Shown one piece after another: positions 1 to 12,400 of a stretch of DNA of 64,000 bases (positions are counted from its first letter, which is position 1; every line of letters starts with the position of its first letter). Both the position numbers and the translations under genes were made by a program. Origin of the DNA: Microthyrium microscopicum (taxonomy: Eukaryota). Below the pieces are notes generated by a model, which was given only the letters and a program-made list of their open reading frames with translations, was not told the origin of the DNA and did no database searches. Location: NCBI GenBank assembly GCA_010405405.1, contig MU004236.1:998070-1062069 (forward strand), in the 5' to 3' direction.

Positions 1-3000
1 TTATTAGCTAGTTATTAAATATAGGTTAATTAGAATTATTTTTAGAAGTCTAATAGCTATCTTATTCTTATTATTAATTATCCTATACTCCCTAATTTTA
101 ATTAGGCTATTATTTAGTTTCTTATAAGTTAAATATACTACTACTAACGTCTATTTTAAGATAAGAGAGTAATATATCTAAAGATATATTAGTAGATTAG
201 TTATTAATTATAGTAAGCACTATAATATTAAATTTAATAGTTTTATTAATTATAATATCTTATACTTTAATAATATAGTTATTTAAAGGAATCTAGACCC
301 TAAAGATATTACTTCTAATATAACCTATTAGCTAGCCTTTAATTAAGCAAGATTAAAGCTTCTTAAGCTTTAGAATATTAGGATTATAAATATAGGCTTT
401 TAAGCTAATAATTTAGACTAATAAAAGATCTAGTACTTATTTAAATACTATCTTAAAGAATATTTTCTAGTTTAGCTACTTCTTTAGGATCTTATTAAGT
501 AGATAAACTACTAAATAAGTAAGTTTAAGCTATAATATATCTAGAAGGCTACTATATTATTTTAGTGCCCTTATAATAGATATTAGGATTTATCTTAATA
601 CTTCTATAGGACTATTTTATAAAGTAGTATAGAGTATAGATAGTTCTTTAATAATACTATTTAGCTAAATCTTATTATTCTACTTCTTACCTATTATAGC
701 TTTATAATCTTTATAGATTTAAAGGACCTTATATTTAATATTACTTACTTTATAACCTATATTCTTAATAATAGTAAGTATATAGTATAGGAATTAAATA
801 TAGTTCTCTTATATCTTCTAAGAAAGTATTTCTAGTAAATAGAACTTTATAATAGTATAGTAAGTATAAATAATCTAGTAATTATTATTATAGCCTTTCT
901 TAACCTAAATTAGATTAATATAAAGCTTCTTAAAAAGCTTTAAGCCTAAATCTATTAATTAATAAGAGATCTATTTCTTCTACTTTATTTTAATATAGAT
1001 TTTATAGAAATAGTTATTATCTTTAGTATCTTTAAAAGAGATAACGTTTAAAGTAATTTTTATGCCTTTAGTAGTATATTCTATATAAGATACTATAGCT
1101 TTACTAATATAACCTATCTATTAGTACTATTTAGATATAGAAGCTATAGAAATATAAAGAAGTAATAATATTATAAAAAAAGTATAGTAAGAATTATTTT
1201 TAAAGAGAAAGTAAATATTAGAGGAAATAATCTTAGCTAAAAGCTTTCCTATTTTAATATGCCTAATTTAGCCTATTTTATTATTTTAGTAATATCCTAT
1301 AACTTTTATTCTATAATAGGAAGCTAGATTCTTATAGAAGCTAAGTATATAAGTAATATTATAAAGAGTAACTATCTAGTATTCTTTAAGGCCTAAAATA
1401 GTAATATCTATATTACTATATTCTATAATCTATAAAGAGACCCTACTATAGATTAAAGAACTAAGAATACTTTTATATATCTTAAAGTAGAATCTATTAT
1501 TATAAATATATATATCTACTTTAAAATTTAAAATAAACCTTCTATTAGAAGATATCTTAACTATTATAAATATTATAACTCTTATAACTACTATTCTAAT
1601 ACTTATATATTTAATTAGTTTAGGTAATTAGTTATTATTACTACGCTCTTATTCTTACTCTTTTTAGAAAATATAATTAACTTTAGCTTTAAGCGTAAAA
1701 TTCTTAAGGCTCTTCTTAACTTTAGCTTTTACTTTAAGGTTAAGATACTATCTATTTAGATATTTATTAAGTTAAAGATAAAAGTAATTATTATAGAGTT
1801 CTATCTTATTATAAAAGTAAGGAAGAGTTATCTTTCTATTCTTTTAAGAACTTTATAATTTAGATATTAAAGAAAGTTAATAAGTATTTATAGTTAAGAA
1901 AGTCTTCTTAGGTTAAGATATCTTTTTTTAAGTCTTTCTATTAAGGATAGTAGTAAAAGTAATATTAAATTATAATACTAATATAGTTTTCTTACTATAA
2001 ATAGTCTAATACTTCTTAATATACTCTAAAAGAGTAAGTTATTTACTTTCTATATAATAATAAGTAAACTATATTTAGATACTAAGGTAAGAAGCTTAAG
2101 TAGCGTCTATAAAGATATCTATAAGCTATCTCTTAGAGATTTTATTTTTATTATAAAGAGAACTTTCTTTTTAAAAGAATATCTAGTAAATTAACTAAAG
2201 TTATAGTTCTTATTATTTATACTCCTTCCTTAAAATATTAAATTCTTTATTTAGTTTTAAGATTATACTAGTTTAGAAAGAATAAATACCTTTCTAAAAT
2301 ACTTAAAGTATATCTTAAGCTTTAAAGATATTAATAACGTAGTTCTAAAGACTTTTAGATACTATTTTATTTAGGAAGTTATTAATCTTAACTATAGCGT
2401 TTTTAGTATTTTAGTACTTTTAGTAGTCTAAATTATATATTTATAATAAAATATTATATTCTTAAATAGAAATTAACTCTACTATTTAAGTAAGTTAATC
2501 TTTACTATTCTTTATAGATATTTAAGAAATAGTAAGTTCTACTAAGTATATTTTAAATAAGTATACTAATTCTTTTAGAGAAGAACTAGTTTCTTCTAAA
2601 TTAATATAATTCTATATATTTAAAGTATATATCTACTACTTTATAAAGTTAATCTAAGTATATTAGTTATTACTATTCTTTAATATAATTATTATAAAGA
2701 GATCTTTAATAATTACTATTTTAAATAATCTTTCTATAAAGTCTATATAGTATACTTAGGAATAATACTTAGCTTTCTATAAAGACTAATATCTCTAATA
2801 CTACTTTAATTAAAAGATAGAAATACTACTACTATATTAAGTTACTATAGCTTATTTCTTTAGCTTAATACGCTATTTTAGAGATATCTTTAATTTAAAG
2901 AAACTATCTTAGTATATAAAAGAAAAAGAAAAAGAGGTAAAGAAGAAAAGAAAAAAAATATTTTATATTTTTAGGAATTAAAGAATTACTTATTTAGGCA

Positions 3001-4821
3001 ATTTATATTAAGTCTATTTAAAGAAAGTATATATAAGCTTATAATAAATACTTTTAGTAAGTTATTACTCTATTTAAGAAATACTACTTTAGTATCTTTA
3101 TACTTCTATTTAGGAAATACTACCTTAGTATAGAGAAAAAAAAAGAAAAAGAGGAAGATAAGTAAAAAAAGAAAGATATTTATATTCTTTAAGTCTTTAA
3201 GATTTTCTTTTTAAGTAGTTTAGGCCTAGCGTTATATCTCTCTATTTAAGAATAGAATATAAAATAATTAGATACTTATATATTTTTACTAAATACTTCT
3301 TCTACTTTACTTAAGAATAGAATATAGAATAATTAAATATTTATATATCTTTACTAAATATACTTTCTAATTATAATGTATTAAGCTTAAACTAAAGTAC
3401 TAAGGTTAAGTTAATAATAATAGAATTATTAATAATATTTTATAAAAATTTAGGATATACTTAAAAGTAGTATAAGTTTTAGTACTATTATAGTTAAAAT
3501 AATAAAGAAGTTAAGTTCTTAAAGTTAAAGAATAATAGTAGTAATTTATATAATACTAATAGTAAGTTTTTCTAAGAGACCTACTTAGTAGCTTAAGTTT
3601 ATAAGAAAGAAAGTAATAAGTATAGTAATATAGTTATTATTAAGGAGTTAAAAGGTATTATTTAGTACTATTAATACTAAAGCTATTAGTATACTAAGGT
3701 AGTAAAGAAGTTAAGTCTTTAAAGGTAAGAACTACTAATAATTAAGTTTTTAAAGTTAAGAAAGTAATAATAATAAAAGAACTATTAAAAACTAAAGGAC
3801 TAAATAGTAACTAAAAGTAGTAAGAAGTATTACTTATACTTTACTTTTATAAATATTAAGATTATTAGTATATTTTAGTATTATTAATATTAAAGCTATT
3901 AATATACTAAGAGTTTAAAAAAGTAATAGCTTTTAAGGACTATTAAAGATAAGAAGATACTAAGATCTTAATAGTAAAAGTTATATAAATACTAAATATA
4001 GTAAAAAAAGTACTAATAAAGGCATAAAGCTTAAAGTATATAATAAAAAAAAGAAGAAGAAGAAAAAGAGAAAAAAAAATAGAAAGATATTTATACTCTT
4101 AAGGTTTATAAGATTACCTTTTTAGATAATTTCTTAATTTAATCTACTAATTCCTTACTCTTTTTTACTATTAAATAACATAGTAAAGTTCTTTTATTAC
4201 TTCTTAATAATTTAAATAGATATTATAAATAATAAAGTAATAAAAAGAAGTATAAGTTACTATAAAAGAGAATAAGTAAAGTAAAATACTTTTTAATTCT
4301 ACTTTAAAAAAGTAGTAGCTCTAAATAGTAGTTTTAGCTTTAGTAATAATTATAACTTTAAAAGTAATGTTATAAGTTAATTTATAACCTAAACGTTAGG
4401 TTTTAATATTAAAACTAATATATAGTAATAGCTAGAATTTAGGAGATTATAATAATATAGTTTATAAAAAATTTATGTATAGAATAATAAAATAATAAAG
4501 ATATATTAGAATACTAAGCTTATAACTAATAAAATATAGTCTATATAGCTTAAGGAATATAGAATTAGTAAAGAGAATATTAAAGAATCTAATTAACTAA
4601 CTACTATAATAACTATAGTATTTATACCTTATTAAAGATATAAAACGTATCTTCTTAGAGCCTAGAATTTAGGCTATAATAGAGGTAAAAGTAATATATA
4701 AAAAGGAGTAGAAAAAGTAAAAAGATATAATAGCTAATAGAGGCTAAATTTTAGTATTTTCGCTTCCTAATCCTAGATTAGGACTAGCGCGGATCTAGGG
4801 TTTGGAACGAACCTTCTGTCA
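1..4821 (-). mobile_element. Ty1/Copia LTR retrotransposon, RIP-inactivated, 5' portion (truncated by window start)
   Basis: Extremely AT-rich and TpA-rich with no ORFs. It is the reverse complement of 20510-25364, differing mostly by C/T and G/A transitions. Ends at ...accttctgtca (4821), the reverse complement of the LTR start TGACAGAAGG. Confidence 0.95.
4527..4821 (-). repeat. 5' LTR (295 bp) of Copia copy 1
   Basis: Reverse complement of the LTRs at 20510-20804 and 27562-27856. The PBS-like gttataagc follows on the minus strand (4526 downward). Confidence 0.93.
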
Positions 4822-4855
4822 AGTCTTTAGTAGGTCTTTAGCAAAAGAGGGCCAA

Positions 4856-5190
4856 AAATCTAGGAAGACAAATAACATAATTACTCTACTATAAGAAGCC
4901 GTAAATAAGTATTTCAAAAGCTAAAAGATATTTTCCATAGACCCCATAAATTCTCCTTCTCTTGGAATTTTATTATCTTAAGAAACCGTTGAGTAACGAG
5001 TATTTAAAGAAGGTCACTTTTGGCTAAAGTGACCTTTTTGATTTGCTTACTGCTTAACGGTTTCTTAAGATAATAAAATTCTGAGAGAAGGAGGATCTAT
5101 GGGGTCCATAGAAGATATCTTTTGGTTTTTAAAACACTTATTTACGGCTTCTTATGGTAGAGTAATTATGTTATTTGTCTTCCCGGATTT
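4856..5190. repeat. Long fold-back palindrome (~165-bp arms, ~5-nt loop at ~5023); MITE/foldback-like
   Basis: aaatctaggaagacaaataacataattactcta...aaggtcacttt-tggct-aaagtgacctt...tagagtaattatgttatttgtcttcccggattt. Arm mismatches are mostly transitions. Confidence 0.9.
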
Positions 5191-5518
5191 GGTTGCTATA
5201 CACTTGAAATTGTGATTTCGCAATATTTTTTTGTGCCAAGACTCCTGCAGGCGTCTCAAAGAACTCGATAACGAGAATATCGTATGACTGAGTTTGTACT
5301 TCCTTGTTGCTTGCTTCCTGATGATCTTGGCTTTTTCATTCCCCTTCAAACAACAAACTCCTCGACTCATTGATACGCCCGATCAAAGGGCAATTGTTTT
5401 TAGATTACAAGCTACCTCCCGTGCATCCCTCTGATACTTACGAAACCACTATTTAATTCCCCCGCCCACCTCGCATGCCTCCCCACTTCGCCCTGCCATC
5501 GATTTCCAACGTGCCAGC

Positions 5519-7296
5519 ATGCGGCAAACTCAGATATTCGGCGGCTCGTCCCATCCCGTGCTCGTAGAATCCATATGCGACTGGCTTGGCCAGAAGCCTG
5601 GCGAGGTAGATCTTGGAAAGTTCAGCAATGGCGAGACAAGCGTCCAAATTCGTATGTGCGCCTTCTTCTCAAGCTAGTGCGGGAGGGAAGACTGGTTCGG
5701 GCTGAACATAATGCTGATTGCTGCAGGGGCCTCGATTCGAAATCAAGATGTATTCATTGTTCAAAGTGGCAGCACCAAGATGAACGACAGTGTCATAGAA
5801 TTGCTCATCATGTGCTCAGCTTGCAAAGGAGGGTCAGCCAAATCAATCACAGCCGTCATGCCATATTTCCCATATAACCGACAGTCTAAGAAAAAGTCGC
5901 ATCGAGGGGCGATCACGGCTCGAATGATTGCAAACCTGCTTGCTATTGCCGGCGTTGACCATGTCATTACGCTAGATCTACACGCCAACCAAATGCAGGG
6001 ATTTTTCAAATGCCCGGTCGACAATCTCGTTGCAGAACCTTTGCTCGCGCGCTGGATCAGACACAATATTAAGGGTTGGGAAAATGGCGTGGTTGTGAGC
6101 AAAAATCCGGGTGGCACTAAACGCGTCACATCTCTAGCAGACGCGCTAAAGCTGAATTTTGGCATCGTTACAACCGACAGGAGGCAAATGAACCAACCAC
6201 ATCAATCGATGGACTTCTCTCTTGAGACCGATACACCATACTACTTCGATGATGAGTATGAGGCAGACGTTGACAACGAAGTCGAACAGGAGGATACAAA
6301 GACAGCTGATGCAACTCAATCCGAGAAATTGGGTCAGCAACCAGAAGGCGTGGGCAGTGAGCCGACTACTCCATCTCGTCCTTCGGTCAATCGAAAACGG
6401 ACTATCTCCAATTCTGCGAGACGAAGAAATCAGGGTACAGGGTCTGGAATCCCCTCGAGCCCTCTGTCGAGATCAGCTCTACCTGGAAATTCACCGGAAG
6501 ATTCTCCATCATTGGATGCCTTGGTCAAGTCTCAAACTGAGCCAGCAATTCCTCCCAGTCTAGAACAGGATTTGACTGAGGAATTCACGGATGAGGTCAG
6601 TAACCCCTGCTCGCGAGACATCACTACTGACACCTTTTCTAGCGAGCCCGAGATGTTACCGTCGGGCGATTAAGACATGGTCATATTGTACCTGAGGACT
6701 ACCCATCACCAGCATTCTCAGCCGTCTCAGGGTCAAATCATGGTCTTGGCAGACAGCGTGGCCCACAATCCGAAAATGGAGATACAGATCGGTATGACCC
6801 TATGACTGCTTCCTTCATGTCTACGGTATCAAGTATTCGACATGATCTTGCTGCGGACAATGCTCTTGGTGGTTCCGTAGATGCAGCAGCTTCATCAGAA
6901 GAGGAAGAAGAAGATCTTCGAAATCCAGACTTGGAGACGACGGTGACTTTGGTTGGCAACGTCCGCGATCGGCCTGTTTTCATTGTAGACGACATCATTG
7001 ACAAAGCCGGCAGCTGGATCGCAGCTGCAGAAACCGTCGTCAAGCGTGGTGGAGCCACCAAGGTCTATTGTGTGGCTACCCATGGTCTCTTTGGCGAAGA
7101 CTGCCTTCAGGAAATTGAAGAAAGTGAATGCATTGACTTGGTGATAGTCACAAACAGCTTTCCCATTGAGGCGCAAGTCAAAGCGCGCATGAAGAAATTG
7201 GTTCAATTGGATATCGCACCACTACTTAGTGAAGCGATCCGAAGAAACCATTATGGAGAGAACCTCAGTCAGCTTTATATGCATCTGCCTGATTAG
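5519..7296 (+). CDS. PRS1: Ribose-phosphate pyrophosphokinase (PRPP synthetase), Prs1-type with long non-homologous insertion; 3 exons (5519-5651, 5727-6595, 6643-7296)
   Basis: MRQTQIFGGSSHP..KFSNGETSVQI, PYFPYNRQSKKKSHRGAITARMIANLL, DLHANQMQGFF, VVSKNPGGTKRV, LVGNV..FIVDDIID, ATHGLF, LSEAIRR. GT-AG introns 5652-5726 and 6596-6642 restore the frame. Confidence 0.93.
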
Positions 7297-9297
7297 AGCA
7301 TTTGGTGAGAACAAGGATTGGGATTGTCGCACTGACTATTATTTCGGGTTTCGAGGAGTTGCCATTAAGCATAGCATAGCATGGAGTTATCACAAAGAGA
7401 GGGTTTACTGGATCATGAAATGCACTACGTCAGATTTACCTTTCTGTCTGATTAGTTTTATGTCTCTTGATTCCAGGATCTAGTTTCGATACCCGGTGTC
7501 TTCGCACTATCAACGTGCAGATTCTTATTCGTAAGGATTTGCCTGCTGCTCTCCTTACTTCATAGGGGATGCACTGTACGTATCTCGTTCTGAGATATTG
7601 CGTTGGAAGATCAAACCTCGAGGACAGAAGGCATGTCTACCAATACCACTTAAGGTGTGGAAGTTGTGCAAGAGAACGTCTCGAACAAATTTGTTCATTG
7701 TGCATAATCGCTGTTATTTCCATATTTGACCGGTGCCTTTTGAGTGTTGCCGGTTTGAAGGCCCATAGTATTTGCAATGTCCAGCTTGATACGTTCTGAA
7801 ACCCGTCCACTAGGAACTGAAGCGGCCATAATTTGCCAATTATGCGGTGTGAGTTGAAGAAATGTTTTCCTTGGGCTATGTACCGTAGCGGAAACCAGCT
7901 TCTTTGTACCCACCTTTTCTATCGCTACATGCACGAAATTCTGACCCTTCTTGCCTTATGTGTACCGTAGATTCCAATTGGGTGTGCTGGATGCGTCTTC
8001 CTTACATCCGCTATTAGGCCTGCAGGACAGTTGCAGAATCGGCCGACCTTCCGCGAAACCGTCGTGGTTAACGGGTTGTCTTTGCATTCAGATAAAGCAG
8101 TCTAAACTAGCTTTGCATCGCCCTCGCAGTAATGCAGACGCGTTTCTTGAAGATGGAGCGCGCATCTGATTATTCTACGCTATTTGCACCATGCGATAGA
8201 CGAGCCAATGGATACCCGGTGTTTTTTGGTCGGGGATTTAACTTTACTACTTTTGATCGACGCTATCGGTAGGGATATTTTACAAGGTCTGAAATTTTAA
8301 TCGGTTGACAGGTCGACGTCGTACATCTTCACGCTCTGTTCTGGTGACACCCGAGACAGACGGAAGGACTGACATGGAACAGTTGATAGGTTTTGGTAAA
8401 AGTTTGCATCACATCCTTGCTTCGACAGGCGATTTTTCTAGATGTCCAAGTTTCCATATGGGTCGGATTGGTAACACAAGGCAGATCTGAGAATTTTGTT
8501 GTAGGACAGGTAATCATTGATTCGAATAGTAGAAAACATTTCAGATTCTCGACACGTCAAATGGCACATCAGACTTCAAATGCAAAGGTCATATCTTCTA
8601 TTCAGACAATCCCGTACGCTATCTTGAAAGTATAGGAAAGGAATAAATACAAATATACCACACCACAAAGAGTGACCAACGCCAAACAACCCATTGGATA
8701 TCGTGTTCTTGCGAACTGGAGCAAAGTCTATGAAGCCCACTGAAAGAGCTGAGCAGATTTATCCTCCTTCCCGAAAACGCCATGATCTCGCCAAAGACTC
8801 GAACAGACCCAGGAACTTTTTGTGCAGAGGTTGGGGCCAAATGTATACACAACGCCGCTAAAATGATGTTGCAGTAAAGAAAAGGGACTTCAATTGTCGA
8901 ATGTAGATATGTGCAGAATGGACAGGTTTTTCTCGGTTGCTTTGGTCAAGTAGAAAGGGATACAACAGCCTGAAATATGTTGTTGGGGCGCAAAGAATTC
9001 CAAAAGGGGCAGCGCCATGGTCGGGGGTCCTGTCAACCTTGAAAGTTGAGATGTCGTTGACTGGAAGAGGCATGTCGAGCCAATCAAGGTCCCGTCAAGG
9101 TTACACGACTGCCTAGATGGTCGAATAATTGTTGTCTTCAAATAGTCGATAATCCACAAGGTCTTGATGGAGGTGTAGCGATCACCAAGTCATGATTACC
9201 AGCGGTGTGTTGGTCTTGGTCTGCTGTTGAATTGCGAAGTCATGGCCTCTCTGCATGATGGATCTCGCTGCTTTATTTGAAAAATTGATCGTCGTAT

Positions 9298-9468
9298 CTA
9301 GTTCTTTTGAGAACATGGTCGGCAAGCCTTGATTTTGCAGTGCTCGCACTCGAAGATGTACCAGAAAGCACCTGCATGACAGAAGTTGCAGTGCCAGAGA
9401 AGGAGAGCGGTTTCCGACTTGAGCATAACGAATGAATGGTCGCATGTACTAGCTCCAGGAACGGCCAT
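9298..9468 (-). CDS. Small Cys/His-rich putative zinc-binding protein (56 aa)
   Basis: ATG at 9468 in good context (ACCATGG). MAVPGASTCDHSFVMLKSETALLLWHCNFCHAGAFWYIFECEHCKIKACRPCSQKN has three CxxC pairs. TATA-like TTAAATATAT lies ~230 bp upstream. Confidence 0.6.
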   Translation of the reverse strand: MAVPGASTCDHSFVMLKSETALLLWHCNFCHAGAFWYIFECEHCKIKACRPCSQKN

Positions 9469-12400
9469 GGTGACAGACTGCTGTTGGATGTAGATTTGGC
9501 GCGGAAACTTGGCGATTAACTGGTAGGTAGAAGATGGGAATGACTGAATGTTGCAAAATGCAAGCACTGTGATAAGGGATCCAACTGGCAGTTGCGGGCC
9601 AGAAGTGGGTTTTGTAGGCCGGTGAGAATGGGATGGGCGAAGGAAGGGGCTTGAGATGAGGTCGAGTAAAACTGCCGTCACCAAACGAATGACCGATTGG
9701 ATATATTTAAGAAATCTTTTAGAAGCGTTGGAAAAGCCTAAATAGCCACTAGTAAAGTTGCCGGCCAATGTGCTTTCGCCGCTTCGACGGGACAACAGCC
9801 TTTGGTTTTATACAGCTCTGAAGCACGCATGGGCTCACCGACAATGTCTACCAAAAGAAGACACTCTACTACTTTTTTGATGTTGTTGTCTGCGCCAATG
9901 TCCCAAAAATCCAAAGCCATCTTGCCTTGCTAGACATTGCGACCACGAGCTCCCGACGGTTGACCTGGCCGATGAGCTGTTGATCCGTCCAAAAGAGATG
10001 CAAGGCACAGCTGTGTCCTACGCCCCAGCTACCTCTTGTGTTTATGGATTAGGAATGGCTCTGAATGGAGACCACTTCAATGGCCTTCCGGCCCGATGCG
10101 GACTGCCTGGACTGTGGCCCCAAAACATGGCTGAAGGCACGGATTCCTTCTCGATCTAATTTGGCTACTGAAAGGTACCTTGAGCTGTCAGATGCGTCAA
10201 TGAGATACTCGATTCATCCTCTCCAGCACCTATGCATTCACTCATGATTCTTTAGCATCACTTGAGCAAGCTGAACCCTGTGCACTTTTGAGAAAGCGGA
10301 ATTCGGATGATAAGAGCGGTCATACAAAGCCGTGTTCTTCCTCTAGAGCCGTACAGTTGAGTGCTGGCCATGATGCAGTGCAAGCTTGTCTCAGTTGCTA
10401 CATTACTTTGCGATTGAACTAGCATCTCAATTTCTCAACGTCTTTTGGGTCGGCACCTTTCGCTTTTCAGCCTTGTTGTATTAATTGCTTCTGCGCCTTC
10501 TAAGCAGGCAAGGCAGGCAGTAGGAGACACTAGCCGATGAGAGAAGCAATTCTTGAATCTGCAGATGGGGCTAGTTATGGCTGCTGCTCCATCTGACTTT
10601 CTTTGGCAAATCTGGGTCAAAAACGTCCAAAAACGCGCTGGGAGGCCACCGCCACAAGACCAATCGGAAGATCTCTTTGAGATGCGACGGGCTCTCGTTT
10701 CCAAGACCATGGTTGGCGATTGTGCGCTAAGCCGGGAACCCAAGTAATCGAGAAAAACCTCCTGATCCTGGTAATCATTCCAAGCCAAGTCCACCGTCTA
10801 TTCTATCCTGTCCAAAGGGAGCAGAGGACGCTCAATTCAGCCAGATTTTCGATTCTTTCCCCCATTTCATTGGCCCGAAGACTGCCTGTTTTGAGAAATA
10901 TGCCGCCATCTTTTGCTTCCAGAAGCACGCTTGCCAGGCTTCCGGCCCAACGATTCTCTAGGGACTCTGGAAGCTCCTTGTCACCAATGACGCTTCAAAT
11001 GGAAAAGTAACCTTAGAACTATCGAAACAGGCACAAGAACCGTGTAAATTATCAATCTGGCCCACTCACCCACTGATGAACAAAATGTTCTGATTACGAC
11101 GGGGAATATTTGCTTCGTTCCGCCGATGTCAGATTGGCTGTGAAGCAGATTGAAGGTGAGACTCGTATCTTACTCTTGCCGAACCACGCCGAACGAGATA
11201 TCAAATTCCCCGTAAGGCTTGCTCTCTTGAAAACTGTTGCTTTGTGGCGAAGCTTAGTGGCGTCACGGAGTATCGCCGCTCATATTCCTTCTATGATTTC
11301 ATAGATTCCAGTCATGAACCGTCATTGATAAAGACTTTTGTACCATGCAATGGCTTCCATCACTGCGTTTACCACGATGATTGCTACATCATACCGAAAG
11401 CTGACAGAAGAGGCTGAAGGTCTTATTGTAGAATTGATTATTATTATCACTCTCAACAGTACAGGACATTTTGGCGAAGCCATGGAAAGGTTGTGTCAAC
11501 CACAAAACGGTTTTGTGTAAGCTAAGGACAGGGGAAGGGTGTCGCCGATCCCAAACCAGGTCTTCGTGCGGACGCCACGACCAATTTAATGGTAAATGGC
11601 AGATTGACGTATCACATTTCGAAAAACGAATGGCATCAATTTCGACTTGCTGTTGAGGCCGCGATTTGTTATTTTCGGCTCAAATTATTGACAGATTCGT
11701 GTTATAAATTTACGGAGAGTGAGAAAGAGAAGCTACCTGCCCCTACCGACTCTCCTATATTTATATGGTCTAGGAAGCCATGTTTCTCAACCCTGGAGGT
11801 TCCTGATCTAAACTTGCGCTTAGGCTGAAGACCCGGTCGGATGAGGCTTTGTTGTTCCCCTGATGACAGTCTCAGAATTGACAATCATAAATTTACTGAA
11901 AGGCCAGATATTGATGCTCACGCCTATCATTTGAAAGAGAACCTTTTCAGCTGTTTTGACCTAATAAACATCCTGTCGCCGAGGTCTCATTGTTGGAGTG
12001 ACGTTAATACTAAGTGCTAGACCAAACGTTCACAGTACTTTAGCGAATGGCGCTTGATTTGACCTGCAGAGCGATTTGGTCACCTGTCGAGGTGGCCTAA
12101 ATCCTGCTAATGATCGCCGAAGTCAAATGCGTCTTCTCTCTTTGCGAAACACCATCCTTCTCGTTTTTGCAATCGTCCTCTTTGGAAGGTAGACCGAAGA
12201 GCCAGGCTGAACCAATGGATTTGCGACATCTACGAAAAGTGCTCAAATGGTAAAAAGAGCTAGGATCACAGACCAGTTGGAAGGCAATTGAATGGCGATG
12301 TCAAGACGCAAGACCTGCAGAAAAAACAGAAATGGGACATTCTTGCGATGGAGGGTACTCTAGAGTAGAGCTCATAGCTCACGTTCCCTCATCTGTTCTC

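Noticed and set aside
1..4526. AT-rich blocks as centromere, mitochondrial insert or contamination
   Set aside because: Fully explained as RIP-mutated Copia sequence, with LTRs, a TSD and relic pol motifs.
12128..12192. Signal-peptide-like start MRLLSLRNTILLVFAIVLFG
   Set aside because: I could not build a convincing spliced continuation; it is at most a relic.
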